A stretch of DNA of 64,000 nt. Origin: an uncultured delta proteobacterium (GTDB lineage Bacteria; Desulfobacterota; Syntrophia; Syntrophales; UBA2185). The DNA is taken from contig CAVOID010000011.1 of NCBI GenBank assembly GCA_963695875.1, positions 253,326-317,325 on the forward strand, in the 5' to 3' direction. The translations under genes and the position numbers were made by a program. Shown here in pieces: positions 50,096 through 60,696 of this stretch. Every line of letters starts with the position of its first letter. Positions within the stretch are counted from its first letter, which is position 1. Below the pieces are notes generated by a model. The model worked only from the letters and a program-made list of their open reading frames with translations, ran no database searches and was not told the origin of the DNA.

Positions 50096-50305
50096 ATGAA
50101 AATAAGCGCAAGGAATGTATTAAAAGGTAAAATCAGGAAAACAAAACAGGGAACCGTCAATACAGAAGTGACTATTGAAGTGTCAAAGGGTGTGAATATC
50201 GTTTCCATTATCACAAAAGAGTCGGCGAAGAAACTGGGATTGAAAAAAGGCAAAGCAGTCTATGCCGTCATAAAGGCCAGCAATGTAATCGTCGCTACTG
50301 ATTAG
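50096..50305 (+). CDS. mop: Molybdenum-pterin-binding (Mop/TOBE) protein
   Basis: MKISARNVLKG...SIITKES...AVIKAS. Confidence 0.92.
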   Translation: MKISARNVLKGKIRKTKQGTVNTEVTIEVSKGVNIVSIITKESAKKLGLKKGKAVYAVIKASNVIVATD

Positions 50306-50448
50306 ACGAATAAAAGCTTTAAAAGAAGTAGAGCGGATACTGGGAATGCTGGAAGATCCACCCGCAGGACAGGTGTCGCGCTTGCTTTACCGATATGGGA
50401 GATAGTCTTATTGGTTCAATTCTATGTTTGAACTGTAAAGAGAAGCCT

Positions 50449-51354
50449 ATGAAACGATTTTTTTATAACGCCCTGTCTATGCTGATGATTGTTTTTCTTT
50501 CCGGGTGCATTCAAGACAACATTGTCATTCACATAAAACCGGATGGCAGCGGAACCATTGAAGAGACGTCCCTCTTGTCCAACAGCATGATCGATATCAT
50601 GGAATCACTTGCAGGCGGCATGGCAGGTTCCGTGAATCAGAAAGGGGACCAGGACAATAAAGATGCGGCCAAAGTCGATCCCAAAAATGAGGAAGAGAGA
50701 ATACGCGACGAGATCATAGCAAAACTGGCGAAGGATGCCGAAAATCGGGCTGAAACATTTGGTGCCGAGGTGAAGTTTATATCCGCTAAACCGGCAAAGA
50801 CGGACACAGGCAGCGGCTACACTGCCGTTTATGCTTTTCGGGATATCAACCTCGTGAAGGTCAACCAGAATCCCAGCGAAAAGATGGATGTACAAAGAGC
50901 TGGGAAAAACGATTTAGCCGCGAAAGAGGAATCTCTTCTATTTAAGTTCACCAAAGGGTCTCCTTCCAGGCTTGTCGTTACATTCCCGGCGAAAAAAGAT
51001 ACAGCAGGCGAGAAGCCAAGTGTCCCGGATAGTACCAAAGCCGGCGAAGATAAATCAAAAAAGGAATCAGACGATCAGCCAATGGAAATGACGAAGAAGC
51101 TTTTCCAGGACATGAAGCTGAAGATTTCAATTCAGTTTGAAGGGACTATCGTAAACACGAATGCTACCTTCAGGGATGGTTCAACGGTCACCCTCATGGA
51201 GATGGATTTCGGCAAGATTATGAACAATGCCATACTTTTCAAACAGCTAAGCGCCGCAATGCCGCAGTCTATCGAGGAAACGAAGGCATTGTTCAAAAGT
51301 GTCGACGGCTTGAAGTTCGAGACAAATAACCCTGTCACTGTCGAATTTAAATAG
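50449..51354 (+). CDS. Hypothetical lipoprotein
   Basis: Lipobox LSGC followed by IKPDGSG. Confidence 0.75.
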   Translation: MKRFFYNALSMLMIVFLSGCIQDNIVIHIKPDGSGTIEETSLLSNSMIDIMESLAGGMAGSVNQKGDQDNKDAAKVDPKNEEERIRDEIIAKLAKDAENRAETFGAEVKFISAKPAKTDTGSGYTAVYAFRDINLVKVNQNPSEKMDVQRAGKNDLAAKEESLLFKFTKGSPSRLVVTFPAKKDTAGEKPSVPDSTKAGEDKSKKESDDQPMEMTKKLFQDMKLKISIQFEGTIVNTNATFRDGSTVTLMEMDFGKIMNNAILFKQLSAAMPQSIEETKALFKSVDGLKFETNNPVTVEFK

Positions 51355-51370
51355 CGCTTTTCCTTTTTCT

Positions 51371-51464
51371 GTCATGCCGGGCTTGACCCGGTATCCAGGC
51401 AAGCCCTAAACTCTTCCCACCCATAATTCCCGCAGAAGCGGATCTCTTTCCGCACGGGAATGAC
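51371..51464. repeat. GTCAT-type REP-like palindromes between convergent genes
   Basis: gtcatgccgggcttgacccggtatccag and attcccg...cgggaatgac. Confidence 0.5.
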
Positions 51465-51474
51465 CCTAAAACCG

Positions 51475-52032
51475 TTAATCGACAAGCATCAGACAATAGA
51501 GGTTCTGTGTCTCTGTTTTTTCCCGGAGGGTCTGGATAAAAAAGCCGTTATTCCGCACTGTCTGAAAGACATCAATGCCGCAGGCCTCCATTGAAGGCCG
51601 TGCCTTGGCCGGGAAGCGGCAGGAAATTCCCTGAACTTTGCCGCATTCCTTACAAAGCGCACAGGGACCGGCCAGCATTACGAAGGCTTTATAATAGCCG
51701 TCTTTGAAAAGATCTCCCTCAAGTGTGACCAGCATATCAAATAATTTTATATTTCTTTCTCCGCGTTCCTTGGTCCTGGGGGCTTCCCGATGAAAGAGGA
51801 TGGCCCGGCCATAGGAATCCAGGACCGCTCTTGTCTGCTCCGGTATCGGCGTCTCGGGAGGGCAGCCGTAACCCGACCTGTAGGGGCATCCGTATAAGCA
51901 CTTAAACCTTACCCAGGGCGCAGTTACAACGCTGCTAGGATGGATTACTTTTGCTTGAGTCGCCCCGTCTTGGACGGCTCTTTCACAATACTTTTTCAGA
52001 TCCGACTCTTCCATACTGATCTCCTTTCTCAC
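51475..52032 (-). CDS. DUF2284 family metal-binding protein
   Basis: KCLYGC, CPP, GPCALCKEC, ARPSMEACGIDV. Confidence 0.85.
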   Translation of the reverse strand: MRKEISMEESDLKKYCERAVQDGATQAKVIHPSSVVTAPWVRFKCLYGCPYRSGYGCPPETPIPEQTRAVLDSYGRAILFHREAPRTKERGERNIKLFDMLVTLEGDLFKDGYYKAFVMLAGPCALCKECGKVQGISCRFPAKARPSMEACGIDVFQTVRNNGFFIQTLREKTETQNLYCLMLVD

Positions 52033-52291
52033 CTTCTAGAACCTCCCCTCCGCGGGCAGGTGTAAGGGATGGGGGCTATGCGTGCTGAATAAGCCAATAG
52101 TAACAGAAATTGTTCTGTTTGCAACTTTCAAATTTTAAATGAACACAAGATTCGGGCAAGTGAAATCTCTGCAACTTCCGCACATGCACGTCTAATGTTT
52201 TTTTACATTAAAATTACGAGTTTCCCTTATGGACAGGGTAGATTTTTATTGCAAAAATACCCAAAACCCAAAGACAAAAAGGTCACAGACC

Positions 52292-53278
52292 ATGCACACA
52301 AAAAAAATCTTCCTCCTTCTTGTCTTGGCCGCGGCGTGCGTTGCCTTCGCCGCGGCACCATCGGTGACGATCCAAGAGTGGAATCTTCCTGCCTCCCGCT
52401 CCCTTCCTCATGATCCTGCCGTCGGTCCGGACGGTGCGCTCTGGTTCACGGCAATGAATGCCAACGCCATCGGCCGTCTTGACCAGAGGACCGGGGAAAT
52501 CCGGGAATATCCGCTGAAGACGCCGGAATCAGGGCCACACGGACTGACGGCAGACAGGAAGGGAATCATCTGGTTTACGGCAAACTATAAAGGTTATATC
52601 GGCAGGCTCGACCCCCGAACAGGGGTCGTAACCGAATATCCCCTCCCCGATCGCACCGCCCGCGACCCGCACACGCCGGTATTCGACGGCAAGGGGATCC
52701 TCTGGTTTACCGTGCAGTCCGGGAATTTTGTGGGGAATCTCGACCCTGATACGGGAAAGATCACGCTTAAGCTCTTGACCACGGCAAACGCTCATCCTTA
52801 TGGGATCGCCGTGAACACGCGGGGCATCCCCTTCTTCTGCGAGTTCGGCGCCAACAAAATCGGGAGTATCGATCCCGCCACGATGGTAATCACAGAGTTC
52901 CTCCTGCCGGAAGGGGCAAGGCCGCGCCGGCTTGCTATAACCACTGATGACATTATTTACTATACTGACTTTCGCCGCGGTTATCTGGGGAAGCTCGACC
53001 CGGCAAGCGGAAAAGTCAGGGAATGGCTGTCCCCGGGCGGGGAAAAGTCTGCGCCCTATGGCGTGGCAATAACGCCGGATGGCGTTGTCTGGTATGCCGA
53101 AACGGGAATCAAGCCAAACATGATCGTGAGCTTCGATCGATACACTCATAAATTTGAGAGATGGTCTGTCCCCTCCGGCGGCGGCGTGATCCGAAACATT
53201 GCGGCGACATCGCAGGGAAATATCTATATCGCGTGCAGCGGCGCGAATACCGTCGGGGTGGTCTGGGTTAAGCGGTAG
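52292..53278 (+). CDS. Secreted Vgb/virginiamycin-B-lyase-like beta-propeller
   Basis: PHDPA.GPDGALWFT repeats; signal peptide. Confidence 0.85.
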   Translation: MHTKKIFLLLVLAAACVAFAAAPSVTIQEWNLPASRSLPHDPAVGPDGALWFTAMNANAIGRLDQRTGEIREYPLKTPESGPHGLTADRKGIIWFTANYKGYIGRLDPRTGVVTEYPLPDRTARDPHTPVFDGKGILWFTVQSGNFVGNLDPDTGKITLKLLTTANAHPYGIAVNTRGIPFFCEFGANKIGSIDPATMVITEFLLPEGARPRRLAITTDDIIYYTDFRRGYLGKLDPASGKVREWLSPGGEKSAPYGVAITPDGVVWYAETGIKPNMIVSFDRYTHKFERWSVPSGGGVIRNIAATSQGNIYIACSGANTVGVVWVKR

Positions 53279-53342
53279 GTAACCATAAGCTGTGCAGTCA
53301 AATGGAAGAGTTGGGGAAGAAAAGAGGAAGGGGGATGCAATA

Positions 53343-53621
53343 ATGATTCATGTTTTGGTTCGGCATAAAGTCATGGAGTATTCAAAATGGAAAGAAGTGT
53401 TTGATGAGCACGCTAATCTGCGAAAGATGGCAGGATCGAAGGGGGGCCGTCTTTTTCGCAACGGAAAAAATTCGAACGATGTGGCAATTCTTTTGGAGTG
53501 GGATGATATGACCAGGGCGCGTAAATTTTTCGAAGCGGAAGATCTGAATCAAGTGATGGAACGAGCCGGTGTTCTGGACAAGCCGGATATCTTTTTTGAA
53601 GTTGAAAAAGTGGCAGTATGA
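53343..53621 (+). CDS. Small ABM/cyclase-like protein
   Basis: VRHKV..Y.KWK.VFD...W. Confidence 0.75.
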   Translation: MIHVLVRHKVMEYSKWKEVFDEHANLRKMAGSKGGRLFRNGKNSNDVAILLEWDDMTRARKFFEAEDLNQVMERAGVLDKPDIFFEVEKVAV

Positions 53622-53730
53622 CCGGGAGCACGTCCCGCAAGCCCCGCCTTGTAGGCGGGATAAGGGGTGCAATGTAAGCATAGTTTCCTTTCCGGGAAGC
53701 CCCGCCCTATGGGCGGGGAGCTTCACTTTG
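53619..53730. mobile_element. Short palindromic element, family 2 (two-hairpin copy)
   Basis: tgaccgggagcacgtcccgcaagccccgccttgtaggcggg...ccccgccctatgggcggggagcttcactttg. Confidence 0.65.
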
Positions 53731-53822
53731 TTAAATATTTAAAGAAATATCAATTCTTTGAATTCCATGATTTTCCCGAGATGATAATTATATGCCTATC
53801 CAATAAATCTATGAAAGGATAT

Positions 53823-54275
53823 ATGATGGCTCGGAACATATCTTTCACTGTAATAATTTTTATTGTTCTTGTATTTCTAGCCGCAGTCTATGCCTTTAGC
53901 TCAGGCGACGTGGACAAAGCCTTGTCAACTAAACAATGTCAAGACTGTGATTTTACCGGGGAAGACCTGTCAGGTACAACCCTTGCCGAAGTAGACCTGT
54001 CCAATGCAAATCTTTCAGGAGCAAACCTAACCAAAACAGATCTGTCAAGTGCAAATCTAACCGGAGCAAATCTAACCGAAGCAGACCTGTCCAATGCAAA
54101 TCTTTTCGGAGCAAACCTCACCAATGCAAACCTGTTTAAGGCAAATCTTTTCGGAGCAAACTTGACCGGAGCAAATCTAACCGGAGCGCACCTGTTCGGA
54201 GCAAACTTTTCAAATGCTCTGTGGACTGACGGGACAATATGCGGAGAAGGCTCAATCGGAAAGTGCAAAAAGTAA
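53823..54275 (+). CDS. Pentapeptide repeat protein, secreted
   Basis: A(N/D)L(S/T/F)x repeats after a signal peptide; CQDC. Confidence 0.9.
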   Translation: MMARNISFTVIIFIVLVFLAAVYAFSSGDVDKALSTKQCQDCDFTGEDLSGTTLAEVDLSNANLSGANLTKTDLSSANLTGANLTEADLSNANLFGANLTNANLFKANLFGANLTGANLTGAHLFGANFSNALWTDGTICGEGSIGKCKK

Positions 54276-54426
54276 CTTCAGTATCTCTGCAACCAATGCG
54301 CCTCAGGAAACTAAATCTGTATCTTTACCAGTCTGACAAGAACGCCAAAGTATCACTCATTGACGCATAGCTTCTGCTGGTATAGTATGTAGATATACGA
54401 TAAATTCCCCTAGAGGAGGCATTATC

Positions 54427-55035
54427 ATGAAAAACCTGTCAAAGGGAGCAGGCATAACTATCATTGCATGCATCATCCTTCTTTCATCGTGCGGGGGTAC
54501 AAAATTAAGCGGCGACTGGAAAGATAGCGCTTATGAAGGGAGATATGTAAAAAAAGTTCTGGTCGTTGGAATATCACAACAATATGATAGAAAGCGACTT
54601 GAGGATGCCTTTGTAAAAAAGCTTCAGGAACATCGTGTGAATGCAGTATCACTCAGCTCGATACCCCTGGAAAAGAAATCTACCATGTATGATGTAAAGG
54701 CTGAAGCAGTAAAATTGCAATGTGATGCGGTACTGAGGATCCAGCTGATCAGCATCAGTGAGAAAAAGGAAAGGGTGAACATTGTGCCACCTCCTGAAGT
54801 TTCCCCGGAATGGAGTTATTCTTTCCCGATATACATGTCGCAAACCCCGCCGACAGAGTATACAGTTGTAAAAGAGGATATTGTCATTGAAAGCAGCCTC
54901 TATGACACATCGGCAGAAAAACTGATATGGAGAGTCCGTTCCGAGGCGATAAAACGCGGTTCGATCGACAGCCTTATCGACTCAATATCAAAGACAATTA
55001 TTGAAGATCTGCATAGCAACAGATTGATCAGGTAG
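54427..55035 (+). CDS. Hypothetical lipoprotein
   Basis: Lipobox LSSC; W.D..Y, KVLVVG, LYD...KLIW. Confidence 0.75.
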   Translation: MKNLSKGAGITIIACIILLSSCGGTKLSGDWKDSAYEGRYVKKVLVVGISQQYDRKRLEDAFVKKLQEHRVNAVSLSSIPLEKKSTMYDVKAEAVKLQCDAVLRIQLISISEKKERVNIVPPPEVSPEWSYSFPIYMSQTPPTEYTVVKEDIVIESSLYDTSAEKLIWRVRSEAIKRGSIDSLIDSISKTIIEDLHSNRLIR

Positions 55036-55313
55036 AGAACTGCCACAATATTTAATGGAAACATCGAGGCTGTCGCAAAGCCCATCGTATCTTCAGGAAT
55101 ATCTCTTCATGAAATATCAAATATTTTAAAATGCAATCAAAGATATTAACAAACTTGAATGGCTGGATTTTTTTCGGCAATTGTGCTATTCGTACGCATC
55201 TCTTCAGTGGAGGGTATATTCCCGTATTATCGAATTACCATATCAATGAGCTAAATCTCCGACGATAGTTTTTACCAATATTCCCGGAAGACAAATTTCC
55301 TGTCGAAAAGCCT

Positions 55314-58300
55314 ATGAAATCTTTAGAAACATATCTTGACCGGATATCAAGCTATATTGGAAAGCAACCGAGGTTTCTATTGATCTTGGACGGATTGATT
55401 TTTGTCGCCCTTACAGGAGTCTTGGATTACCTGACGGGAACTGAGATTCAGCTTACCATTTTTTACTTGATCCCGATTTCACTCGTTACCTGGTTTGCGG
55501 GCAGAAGAAACGGGGTACTAATCTCACTTGTCAGTACGATAGTCATTTACATGGCAAGTGTAACGGCAGGAAAAGTGTTTTCACATCCCTTAATCGGTTT
55601 GTGGGATGAGGTGATCACGCTTGGTCTCTTCCTTATTTTTGTTTTCTCATTGTCATTATTGAAAAACTCATTGGGAAGTTATCAGACCCTGGTCGAAAAC
55701 ACAGGTGACCTGATCTATACCGCCGACAAAAAGGGGTTTCTGACTTATGCGAACCCGACGCTGGAGCGGACCTTGAAATATGGCCGTGGTGAATTGATCG
55801 GGAAGTCTCTGATCGACATCGTTGCACCGGAATATAATGAGCGGATAAAAGATATTTTCAGAAGGGCCATGGGAGGGGCGACTATCCCTGCCTATGAAAC
55901 TGATCTGACACGGAAGGATGGGACGAGGCTTTCCGTAGAGTTTAATGTTTCAACACTCTATGATCGGGAAGGCACGCCCGCAGGCAGGCAGGGCATAGGC
56001 CGGGACATCACCCACCGCAAGCAGACGGAGGAGGCACTTCAAAAGAGTGAATACGAGTATCGCCGGATTGTCGCAACTGCCACCGAGGGGATATGGAGTC
56101 TGGATACCAATTTCGTTCTTACCTATGTCAATCAGAAAACGGCTGACATGCTCGGCCATAGCGTCGAGCAGATGATAGGCAAACCGCTTTCACATTTTTT
56201 ATTTGCAGAAGACCTGGATGACTCTGAACAAAGGAGGGAGCGCCGTCGTCAGGGAATGAAAGAAATTTTCGAGCGTCGCTTACGACGCAAGGACGGCAGC
56301 GAATGCTGGACTATCATTTCCACCACTCCCATTGTCGGCGAAGATGGCAGGTTTGAGGGTTCGTTTTCAATGCTGACCGACATTACAGAGCGTAAGCGGA
56401 TGGAGGAAGCTCTGAGAGAATCAGAGAGAAGACTTGCCGATATTATCGATTTCCTGCCCGATGCGACTTTTGCCATTGATCTGAACGGGAAGGTTATCGC
56501 GTGGAACCGGGCCATTGAAGAGATGACGGGGATCAAAGCTGAAGCCATACTGGGCAAAGGGGATTATGAATATGCCCTGCCCTTTTACGGGGCTCGCAGA
56601 CCGATCTTGATTAATCTCGTCTTTAGTACCGATGAAGAGATCAAGAGGAAGTACCGTTTTGTCAGAAAAGAGGGAGACGTTATATGGGCAGAAGCTGACG
56701 TACCGGTAAAGGGCAAGGGAACGCGTGTACTTTGGGGGAATGCCACACTTTTGTATGACAGCAGGGGTAATATCGCGGGTGCTATTGAATCAATTCGCGA
56801 TATAACTGAGCAAAAGATGGCTGAGGAGTCTCTGGCGGAATCCCGGAGGTGGTTGTCGGATATTATCGAATTCCTGCCGGATGCTACTCTTGTTATTGAC
56901 AGGGACGGCAAGGTGATTGCCTGGAACCGGGCTATAGAGGCCATGACGGGGGTGAAGGCTGAAAAGATGCTCGGAAAAGGAGATTATGAATACGCGCTTC
57001 CCTTCTATGGAGAAAGAAGGCCCATTCTCATCGATCTCGCCCTTCGTGCGGATCCGGAAAGGGAAAAAGAATACACCGCTATTCGCAGGGCAGGAGATAT
57101 CATTTTTGGAGAGTCCTATACACCGAAGTTACCTCCCGGCAATGTCCACCTGTCGGCAACGGCGTCGGTATTGCGGGATGCCGGCGGCAAAATTATTGCG
57201 GCCATCGAGTGTATCCGCAACAACACCGAGAGAAAGAATCTCGAAGCCCAGCTCCAGCAGGCCCAGAAGATGGAGGCAGTAGGAACACTGGCGGGAGGCA
57301 TTGCCCACGACTTCAACAATCTCCTTATGGCGATTCAGGGGAATACCTCGCTGATGCTGATGAAGACTGATTCCAGCGATCCCCGTTATGAAAAACTGAA
57401 AGCCATCGAAGATCAGGTCATTGCGGGGTCGGGCCTGACGAAACAGCTCCTGGGGTTTGCCCGTGTGGGCAAATACGAGCTGAAGCCCATAGACATGAAC
57501 GAGGTCGTTGAAAAGAGTTCTACTATGTTCGGCAGGACAAAGAAGGAGATTTTGATCCACAAGAAATTTGGGAAAAACCTCTGGGCCGTGGAAGCGGATA
57601 CCCCCCAGATGGAGCAGATCCTTATGAACCTCTATGTCAATGCCTGGCAGGCCATGCCGGGAGGGGGACACATTTATCTTGAGACGTCTAACCTGACCAT
57701 AAAAGAGACTGACGGGAAGATTTTTTACATGAAACCCGGCAGATATGTAAAAATCTCAGTCAACGACACCGGAGTGGGTATGGACGAGAAGACGAAGGAA
57801 AGGATCTTCGAGCCATTTTTCACAACAAAGGAGATGGGACGGGGGACGGGACTGGGGCTTGCCATGGTCTACGGGATTGTCAAAGGCCATAATGGCTTTA
57901 TCAATGTGTACAGCGAAGAGGGCAAAGGCACGACCTTCAATATCTACCTGCCCGCTTCAGAGAAAGAGGTTCTGAAAGAGGAAAGGCCGGAGGATGTCAT
58001 CCTCAAGGGCCGGGAAACAATTCTCCTGGTTGATGATGAGAGGACAATCATCGACGTGACGAAAGAGATTCTGGAAGTGTTGGGATATCTGGTTCTCATT
58101 GCTGCCAATGGCCGGGAGGCTTTGAAAATTTATCAGGAAAACAAGGATAAAATCGATGTCGTCATCCTGGACATGATAATGCCGGACATGGGTGGTGGAG
58201 AGACTTTCGATCGCCTCAAGGAGATTAATCATGATATCAAGGTGATTCTTTCCAGCGGGTACAGTCTGAACGGTGAAGCGTCCGGTATCATGGCCAGGGG

Positions 58301-58394
58301 CTGTCGGGGCTTTATTCAAAAGCCGTCAAGCGTTGCCGTACTATCGCAGAAACTCAGAGAAGTCCTGGGGGAAAAGGTTAAAGACTCAAAATAG
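55314..58394 (+). CDS. Membrane hybrid histidine kinase (TM, four PAS, HisKA, HATPase, REC)
   Basis: GGIAHDFNN, NLYVNA, DTGVGM, FFTTK, GTGLGL, ILLVDD; PAS3 and PAS4 are a near-tandem duplication. Confidence 0.95.
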   Translation: MKSLETYLDRISSYIGKQPRFLLILDGLIFVALTGVLDYLTGTEIQLTIFYLIPISLVTWFAGRRNGVLISLVSTIVIYMASVTAGKVFSHPLIGLWDEVITLGLFLIFVFSLSLLKNSLGSYQTLVENTGDLIYTADKKGFLTYANPTLERTLKYGRGELIGKSLIDIVAPEYNERIKDIFRRAMGGATIPAYETDLTRKDGTRLSVEFNVSTLYDREGTPAGRQGIGRDITHRKQTEEALQKSEYEYRRIVATATEGIWSLDTNFVLTYVNQKTADMLGHSVEQMIGKPLSHFLFAEDLDDSEQRRERRRQGMKEIFERRLRRKDGSECWTIISTTPIVGEDGRFEGSFSMLTDITERKRMEEALRESERRLADIIDFLPDATFAIDLNGKVIAWNRAIEEMTGIKAEAILGKGDYEYALPFYGARRPILINLVFSTDEEIKRKYRFVRKEGDVIWAEADVPVKGKGTRVLWGNATLLYDSRGNIAGAIESIRDITEQKMAEESLAESRRWLSDIIEFLPDATLVIDRDGKVIAWNRAIEAMTGVKAEKMLGKGDYEYALPFYGERRPILIDLALRADPEREKEYTAIRRAGDIIFGESYTPKLPPGNVHLSATASVLRDAGGKIIAAIECIRNNTERKNLEAQLQQAQKMEAVGTLAGGIAHDFNNLLMAIQGNTSLMLMKTDSSDPRYEKLKAIEDQVIAGSGLTKQLLGFARVGKYELKPIDMNEVVEKSSTMFGRTKKEILIHKKFGKNLWAVEADTPQMEQILMNLYVNAWQAMPGGGHIYLETSNLTIKETDGKIFYMKPGRYVKISVNDTGVGMDEKTKERIFEPFFTTKEMGRGTGLGLAMVYGIVKGHNGFINVYSEEGKGTTFNIYLPASEKEVLKEERPEDVILKGRETILLVDDERTIIDVTKEILEVLGYLVLIAANGREALKIYQENKDKIDVVILDMIMPDMGGGETFDRLKEINHDIKVILSSGYSLNGEASGIMARGCRGFIQKPSSVAVLSQKLREVLGEKVKDSK

Positions 58395-58429
58395 TGATCT
58401 TTACCATCCAACAATTGATTAAACTGTTG

Positions 58430-59257
58430 CTATACCGAAGGCGGCATATCTTTAAAAATCCTTCCGTCGGGCATGTACTCGACAATCCCGCCATCTTCTT
58501 CAACCATGACCGTGAGAATGGCATCGATTTTCTTATTTTCCGTGGAGGCGATAACTTCCCGAATCGTTCTGTAACGGGAAAGTTCTTCAATTGTCACAAG
58601 CGTGGGGACAACCATTTTAAATTTCTGCCGGCTATAGTCGGCGATGATTTTCTGAGGAGTAAGCCAGACATGTCTCATTAATTCAATGCCATCGTGGATG
58701 GCCTCCTGGTGTGAAGGCATTTCAGCGACAAAAAATCGGACATCATAACGAAGGGGTAACAGCTCAGGCGTGATCCAGTGGGAGAAATAGTAAAGGCGGT
58801 CGGCAGCCAGGGTCAGCCCTTCATTCCGGAGGATGGTCATCAGATTGATTTCTCCCGTTTGCAGTTTCTTGCGATAAGAGCGGAATCTATCGAGGTCATC
58901 TTCGGGATTGAAAGAAACGAGGGTTCCATCACTGCGATAGGCCAGCAGCAGGCCGACTTCTTCGAATGTTTCACGAATGCCGGCTACCCATGCACCCAGG
59001 GCCTTTTCCGGTGAATACATGTCGCGGAGTATAGTTCGCGCTTTTTTCAGGTCAACGCCGGTGCAACAGTTTTCCATATCCGGTGAATAATCTTCATGAT
59101 CCAGACAGCCGCCAGGGAATACATAGGAGTCGGGCACAAACTTGCTATGCGGATGCCTCAGGACCATCAGGACCTCAAAGGGCTCCACGTCTGAATTTGG
59201 TGACTGCCGGAGAAAAATCACCGTCGCGGCATCTTTCGGTTTAACGGCCATATTCAT
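58430..59257 (-). CDS. NUDIX hydrolase (NUDT19-like)
   Basis: AATVI, VFPGG, IRETFEEVG, HWITP...RYDVRFF. Confidence 0.88.
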   Translation of the reverse strand: MNMAVKPKDAATVIFLRQSPNSDVEPFEVLMVLRHPHSKFVPDSYVFPGGCLDHEDYSPDMENCCTGVDLKKARTILRDMYSPEKALGAWVAGIRETFEEVGLLLAYRSDGTLVSFNPEDDLDRFRSYRKKLQTGEINLMTILRNEGLTLAADRLYYFSHWITPELLPLRYDVRFFVAEMPSHQEAIHDGIELMRHVWLTPQKIIADYSRQKFKMVVPTLVTIEELSRYRTIREVIASTENKKIDAILTVMVEEDGGIVEYMPDGRIFKDMPPSV

Positions 59258-59358
59258 ACAACACGAAGGAATTCATTTACTATAAATTTTTAATCAGATT
59301 TTATATTAAAGCAACCGGTTTTTCATTAACTCTTTTTTACCTTTCCTCCTTCATCTTT

Positions 59359-59596
59359 GTCATTTCGAAGGAATGCAGTGACGGAAAAATCTCATTGTTG
59401 GTTCAAGTCTCTGCCTCAAACCAAAATGGGAAATCCATTCCACGCTATCATTCCCGTTCTCCGTGTCATTGCGAGCACACGCAGTGTGCGTGGCAATCTC
59501 TATACCGTCAATCCCCACCATTCTCACCCCCCTGTCATTCTCGCCGAAGCGAGAATCAAGTCCACCTTTTGTCATTTCGACTGCAGGGAGAAATCT
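59359..59596. repeat. Cluster of four GTCATT-initiated REP-like palindromes
   Basis: Units at 59359, 59465, 59534 and 59571, each GTCATT...(a/g/c)AATC. Confidence 0.65.
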
Positions 59597-59722
59597 TTAT
59601 TATTAATCAAAATAATACGAACGACAAATCCCTGTCAATTTGCATATTCACTTGCCGGAGTAATAATAAGAAGGTAAAATAGCCCTAACGTTCGACCGAA
59701 ATAAATACTTGAAAGGAAACCT

Positions 59723-60346
59723 ATGACATCGCCACCAATCCTCGAAATATTTTCTGACTACGTTTGACCGTGGTGCTATTTCATTACGGTGCGTATTGAT
59801 AGACTGAAGAAGGAATACAAAGTTGAAGCCAAATGGTTTGCCTTCCCCCTCCATCCAGAGACACCGGAAGAAGGCCTTACCTATGAAGAACTCTTTGCCG
59901 GCAGGTCTGTAGATATCCAGGCCATCATGATGCGTCTCCAGCAGGTAGCGGGAGAGCTTGGTCTCCCCCTGGCCGATCGTACAAGAACTTACAACAGCCG
60001 CCTGGCTCAGGAGCTCGCAAAGTGGGCGGAAGCGAAAGGGAAGGGGGATGAATTTCACGCCGCGGTTTTCCGGGCATATTTCGTGGAGGCTAAAAACATT
60101 GCCAAGGCGGAAACGCTCGTCGGCCTTTGCGAATCCATCGGGCTTCCGGGGGATGAAGCTCGGCGCGTCGTCTTGGATAGAACTTTCCGGGAAGCGGTCG
60201 ATGCCGATTGGAAGCGATCCCGCGATCTGGGGATAACGGCCGTTCCTACCGTAATCATGGGTTCTCAGGGGATTGTGGGTTTCCAGCCATACGATGTTCT
60301 CGAACAATTCCTCAAAAGTGCCGGAGTTGAAAAAAGGAAGGCATAA
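59723..60346 (+). CDS. DsbA/FrnE family oxidoreductase, selenoprotein (UPWC)
   Basis: ATG 59723 with SD AAAGGA; MTSPPILEIFSDYV-TGA(59765-67)-PWCYF is in frame with the 59789 ORF; cis-Pro motif GITAVPT. Confidence 0.88.
59776..59802 (+). promoter_or_regulatory. Candidate bacterial SECIS hairpin
   Basis: CTA-tt-TCA-t-TACG-gtg-CGTA-t-TGA-TAG; G-initiated loop 21 nt after UGA. Confidence 0.65.
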
Positions 60347-60383
60347 TACATGGGGAAGGGGAACAGTCGACAGGAGGAAATAT

Positions 60384-60464
60384 ATGTTATACAGAAAGCT
60401 GAAAGACGACATTTCCGTTTCCATCCTCGGTTTCGGAGCCATGCGGCTCCCTTTTAATAACTAA
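60384..60464 (+). pseudogene. N-terminal stub of an aldo/keto reductase
   Basis: SD AGGAGG; MLYRKLKDDISVSILGFGAMRLP then a stop. Confidence 0.7.
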
Positions 60465-60472
60465 TATTGGCC

Positions 60473-60556
60473 TTGAATCCGGCAGCGAGCGAATGGGGAA
60501 CATTATTATTCCTTGTGGATCGAAGATTCTCCGCAGTTTACTGCGAAGAGTTTCAA
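60473..60556. mobile_element. Short palindromic element, family 1 (left hairpin deleted)
   Basis: TTGAAtccggcagcgagcgaatggggaaca...ctccgcagtttactgcgaagagtTTCAA, near-identical to 15996-16113. Confidence 0.7.
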
Positions 60557-60696
60557 TTTTCCTTTTAGATATTTCGTTCCCAATGGTGCCTGGAAGGAAG
60601 AAAGATTGCTGAGCAGGATAAGCTTAACCGGGGAATTGATAAACCTGGCGGACGGAGTTAACGCGAAGGTCTTTAAATTGAGTTGTAGGAGGCAGG

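Noticed and set aside
53960..54215. 15/30-nt periodic DNA repeats as a CRISPR array or VNTR
   Set aside because: Explained by pentapeptide-repeat coding; no unique spacers and no cas genes
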